A stretch of 64,000 nucleotides of DNA. Source: an uncultured delta proteobacterium. GTDB lineage: Bacteria > Myxococcota_A > Polyangia > Haliangiales > Haliangiaceae. The position numbers and the translations under genes are program-made. The stretch lies in assembly GCA_963848295.1 (NCBI GenBank), contig CAWKDB010000010.1:2848001-2912000 (forward strand), written 5' to 3'. Of this stretch, positions 60,991 to 64,000 are shown piece after piece (within the stretch, counting starts at the first letter, position 1; every line of letters begins with the position of its first letter). A model generated the notes under the pieces. That model searched no databases and had not been told where the DNA came from. It saw only the letters and a program-made list of their open reading frames with translations.

Positions 60991-61709
60991 AGTTATATCC
61001 GGCGATCGACGTGCTCGGCGGCCGAGCGGTTCGGCTAGAACAAGGCAGCCGCGAACGTGCGACCGTGTTCCACGAGGATCCGGTCGCGCTCGTCGCCGAG
61101 CTCGCCGCCGGCGGAGCGGATCGGTTGCATGTCGTCGATCTCGATGGCGCGTTCGGTGACCCGCGTCAGCACGTGTTGATCGCGCGCATCGTCGAGGCCG
61201 CACCGATCGAGGTCGAGGTCGGCGGTGGCATTCGCGATCGCGCTGCGCTCGATGCCGTGCTGGTCACCGGGGCGAAGCTCGCGGTGCTCGGCACCGCGGC
61301 GGTGCGCTCGCCGCTGTTCGTGGAGGCAGCGTGCCGCGCGTACCCCGGCCGGGTCATCGTCGCGGTCGACGCGAGGGACGGCATCGTCGCCGTCGATGGC
61401 TGGACCGCGAGCGGCGGCGTCTCGGCGATCGAGCTCGGCCGCCGTGCAGACGCCTGGGGTGCTGCGGCGTTGCTCTACACCGACGTCGCGCGCGACGGCC
61501 TGAGCCGCGGCCCGAACGTGGCCGCGACCGCCGAGCTCGCACGCGCGGTCGGCTGCGAAGTGATCGCATCGGGTGGGGTGGGCTCGCTCGCGGATCTCGT
61601 GGCGCTGCGCGACGCGGGAATCGTCGCCGCGGTCGTCGGCCGTGCGCTGTACGATCGCGCGTTCACCGTCGGCGAAGCCGTCCGCGTCGCCCATGGAGGC
61701 GCGGCGTGA
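60987..61709 (+). CDS. hisA: ProFAR isomerase
   Basis: [38 protein letters not shown]. Confidence 0.96.
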   Translation: MKLYPAIDVLGGRAVRLEQGSRERATVFHEDPVALVAELAAGGADRLHVVDLDGAFGDPRQHVLIARIVEAAPIEVEVGGGIRDRAALDAVLVTGAKLAVLGTAAVRSPLFVEAACRAYPGRVIVAVDARDGIVAVDGWTASGGVSAIELGRRADAWGAAALLYTDVARDGLSRGPNVAATAELARAVGCEVIASGGVGSLADLVALRDAGIVAAVVGRALYDRAFTVGEAVRVAHGGAA

Positions 61710-61840
61710 CGCTCGCCCGTCGCATCATCCCGTGCTTCGACGTCAACGATCGAACGTTCGCCGCCAGCGAAGCCCCGCGCGTCGCCCACGAAGGCGCGGC
61801 ATGACGCTCGCCCGTCGCATCATCCCGTGCCTCGACGTCA
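61651..61840 (+). repeat. Diverged 95 bp tandem duplication of the hisA/hisF junction
   Basis: 61651-61745 aligns without gaps to 61746-61840; contains mini-ORF 61706-61804. Confidence 0.9.
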
Positions 61841-62556
61841 AAGACGGTCGCGTCGTCAAAGGCATCAGCTTCGTTCAGCTCCGCGATGCCGGCGATCCGG
61901 TCGAGCAAGCCGCCGCCTACGACGCGCAAGGCGCCGACGAGCTGTGTTACCTCGACATCTCCGCGTCGCCCGAGGGTCGGGCCACGCTCGTCGAGATCGT
62001 CGCGCGCACCGCAGATCAGATCTTCGCGCCGCTCACGGTCGGTGGAGGCGTGCGCTCGGTCGCGGATGCCGAGCGCTTGCTCGAAGCCGGCGCCGACAAG
62101 ATCGCGGTCAACACCGCCGCACTGCGCCGCCCCGAGCTAATCGCGGAGATCGCGGCGCGGTTCGGCACGCAGGCGATCGTGATCGCAGTCGATGCGAAAC
62201 GCGACGGCACTGCGTGGGGCGTGTTCAGCAACGGCGGACGCACGCCCGAGGGCCTCGACGCCCTCACGTGGTGCCGCCGCGTCGCCGACCTCGGCGCGGG
62301 TGAGCTGCTCGTGACGAGCATGGATCGCGACGGCACCGGCACCGGCTACGATCTCGAGCTCGTGGCGGCGGTCGCGACCGCGGTTTCGATCCCGGTCATC
62401 GCGTCGGGCGGAGTCGGCGAGCTCGCGCACCTCGCCGACGGTCTCGAAGCCGGCGCCGACGCGGTGCTCGCCGCCTCGATCTTCCACTTCGGCACGCACA
62501 CGATCGGCGAGGCGAAGCGGTTCCTGTCGGATCGCGGCATCAGCGTACGTCGCTGA
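61801..62556 (+). CDS. hisF: Imidazole glycerol phosphate synthase, cyclase subunit
   Basis: [36 protein letters not shown]. Confidence 0.97.
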   Translation: MTLARRIIPCLDVKDGRVVKGISFVQLRDAGDPVEQAAAYDAQGADELCYLDISASPEGRATLVEIVARTADQIFAPLTVGGGVRSVADAERLLEAGADKIAVNTAALRRPELIAEIAARFGTQAIVIAVDAKRDGTAWGVFSNGGRTPEGLDALTWCRRVADLGAGELLVTSMDRDGTGTGYDLELVAAVATAVSIPVIASGGVGELAHLADGLEAGADAVLAASIFHFGTHTIGEAKRFLSDRGISVRR

Positions 62557-62560
62557 GCGG

Positions 62561-62704
62561 TCAACGCCGCCGAGGCCCGAGCTCTCCGAGCAGCTCGCGA
62601 TTACTTCGTAGGACCCGCTTGGCTCGAAGGATCGACACGATCAGAAGCGCGAAGGCGATCAGGACCGTGGGTAGCGAGTGACGCACGATCCCGAACGCGA
62701 TCAT
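62561..62704 (-). other. Possible small membrane ORF or gene remnant inside the his cluster
   Basis: MIAFGIVRHSLPTVLIAFALLIVSILRAKR...; 47 aa; next to repeat locus D. Confidence 0.3.
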
Positions 62705-62787
62705 CGGGCCACTGAGCCCGATCCCCCAGCCGTCGCCGGAGCTCGCATGCGGCCGCTATCGACCGGCTCGCGCGAGGGTTGCCGGGC

Positions 62788-62877
62788 GGTTGACAAAGTG
62801 AACACCGTCCCCAGCTAAAGCGCTGGGATCGTTCCGTTCTTGATCGGGCGAGGGTTGACAGAGTGAACACCGTCCCC
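62788..62877 (+). repeat. Direct repeat pair GGTTGACA(A/G)AGTGAACACCGTCCCC (locus D)
   Basis: 25-mers at 62788 and 62853 (period 65, one mismatch). Confidence 0.9.
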
Positions 62878-62917
62878 GTAATTGACTTCGCGATCTGCGA
62901 CCGCGAATGTACGAGGC

Positions 62918-63559
62918 GTGCCACAGCCGGTGTTCGACGATCGCGGGTTGGTGCCGTGCATCGTGCAAGATGCCGACGTCGGCACGGTGCTGATGCTCGC
63001 TTGGATGAACGCGGAGGCGCTGGAGGCGACGCGGAGGACCGGTGTGGTGCACTTCTGGTCGCGATCGCGCCAGGCGTTGTGGAAGAAGGGCGAGACGTCG
63101 GGCAACACGCTCGCGCTGGTGGAGCTCAGGCTCGATTGCGATGCGGATACGGTCCTCGCGCGCGTTCGCCCCGCGGGGCCGACCTGCCACACCGGCGCGA
63201 TCAGCTGCTTCGGCGCCGCGCCGCACAATCTCGATGAACCGGCCTCGACGATCATCGATCGGCTCGCACGCACGCTCGCGGCGCGCCGCGACTCGGCGAC
63301 GGGAGTGAAGAGCTATACGAAGTCGCTGCTCGATGCCGGCATGCCGAAGATCCTCGCGAAGATCGCCGAGGAGCACGGCGAGCTGGCGGCCGAGCTGCCC
63401 TCTGGCGACGATGCCGACGTCGTCCACGAGACGGCCGACCTGTTGTTCCACGTCATGGTCGGGCTCACCGCGCGCAAGATCCCGATCGAGAACGTGCTCC
63501 GCGAGCTCGCGCGCCGGTTCGGGACGAGCGGTCACGTCGAGAAGGCGTCGCGCTCGTGA
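62918..63559 (+). CDS. hisIE: Bifunctional phosphoribosyl-AMP cyclohydrolase / phosphoribosyl-ATP pyrophosphatase
   Basis: [41 protein letters not shown]. Confidence 0.96.
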   Translation: MPQPVFDDRGLVPCIVQDADVGTVLMLAWMNAEALEATRRTGVVHFWSRSRQALWKKGETSGNTLALVELRLDCDADTVLARVRPAGPTCHTGAISCFGAAPHNLDEPASTIIDRLARTLAARRDSATGVKSYTKSLLDAGMPKILAKIAEEHGELAAELPSGDDADVVHETADLLFHVMVGLTARKIPIENVLRELARRFGTSGHVEKASRS

Positions 63560-64000
63560 TCGAGCTCGATCCGTCGGCCCTACTCGCGCCTGGCGGCGGG
63601 CTCGACCGCGCGATTCCGTACTACGAAGATCGCGCCGAGCAGCGCTTGATGTCGGCGGCAGTGACGCGCGCGCTCGAAGATGCGCGACCGCTCGATCGTC
63701 GAAGCCGGTACCGGCACCGGCAAGACGCTCGCCTATCTCATCCCGGCGCTACAATCCGGCAAGCGCGTCGTGGTGTCGACCGGCACGCGCGCGCTGCAAG
63801 ATCAGATCGCGCGTCACGACATCCCGTTGCTGCGTACGATCGTGTCGCGCCCGTTCACCGCGGTCGTGCTCAAGGGCGTCGCGAACTACGTGTGCAAGCG
63901 CCGGCTCGCCGAGGCGACGTCGCGGCTCACGCTGCCATCGTTTGCGGGCGAGGCGCGCGGCGGCAAAGAAACGCTCGCGCTCGCCGATTGGGCCGAGCAC
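63556..64000 (+). CDS. DinG/YoaA family helicase (5' part; one extra base near 63694)
   Basis: YEDRAEQ..M Q-motif, then [25 protein letters not shown] in the next frame. Confidence 0.85.
   Translation, partial: MIELDPSALLAPGGGLDRAIPYYEDRAEQRLMSAAVTRALEDARPLDRRSRYRHRQDARLSHPGATIRQARRGVDRHARAARSDRASRHPVAAYDRVAPVHRGRAQGRRELRVQAPARRGDVAAHAAIVCGRGARRQRNARARRLGRA

Noticed and set aside
63685..63700. Programmed frameshift in the DinG/YoaA gene
   Set aside because: No slippery sequence; a single extra base in a conserved helicase, together with shifts at ~1500, ~14210 and ~14460, is more simply a sequencing error or mutation.

Overview
GC-rich bacterial chromosomal segment (roughly 70% GC by eye). 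Gene content (TPR Ser/Thr kinase, AgmX/PglI-type C-terminal domain, many Cys-rich lipoproteins, atypical Hsp70) suggests a Myxococcota (Haliangiales/Kofleriaceae-like) genome; this is inference. About 55 genes: housekeeping (hisB-H-A-F-IE, serA, sdaA, tdk, pit + DUF47, UvrD/PcrA, DinG/YoaA, S46 peptidase), signalling (GAF-PAS kinase + receiver, REC-EAL, ChpT-like protein), a TetR-DrrAB module, two orphan DNA methyltransferases and many unknown lipoproteins. No rRNA, tRNA, cas gene, transposase or prophage was recognised. Main observations: (1) a family of 57-60 bp twin-hairpin elements flanked by (G)TCGA-like direct repeats, inserted in frame in conserved genes (five copies in four genes, with compensatory stem changes); (2) a second dispersed ~25 bp repeat that always occurs as direct pairs and ends 17 nt after a TTGACA-like hexamer; (3) an orphan LanC cyclase next to a double-glycine precursor peptide with no dehydratase in the window; (4) a 95 bp hisA/hisF junction duplication that creates a translationally coupled chimeric mini-ORF. 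Several frameshifts may be sequencing errors. All alignments and coordinates were done by eye.
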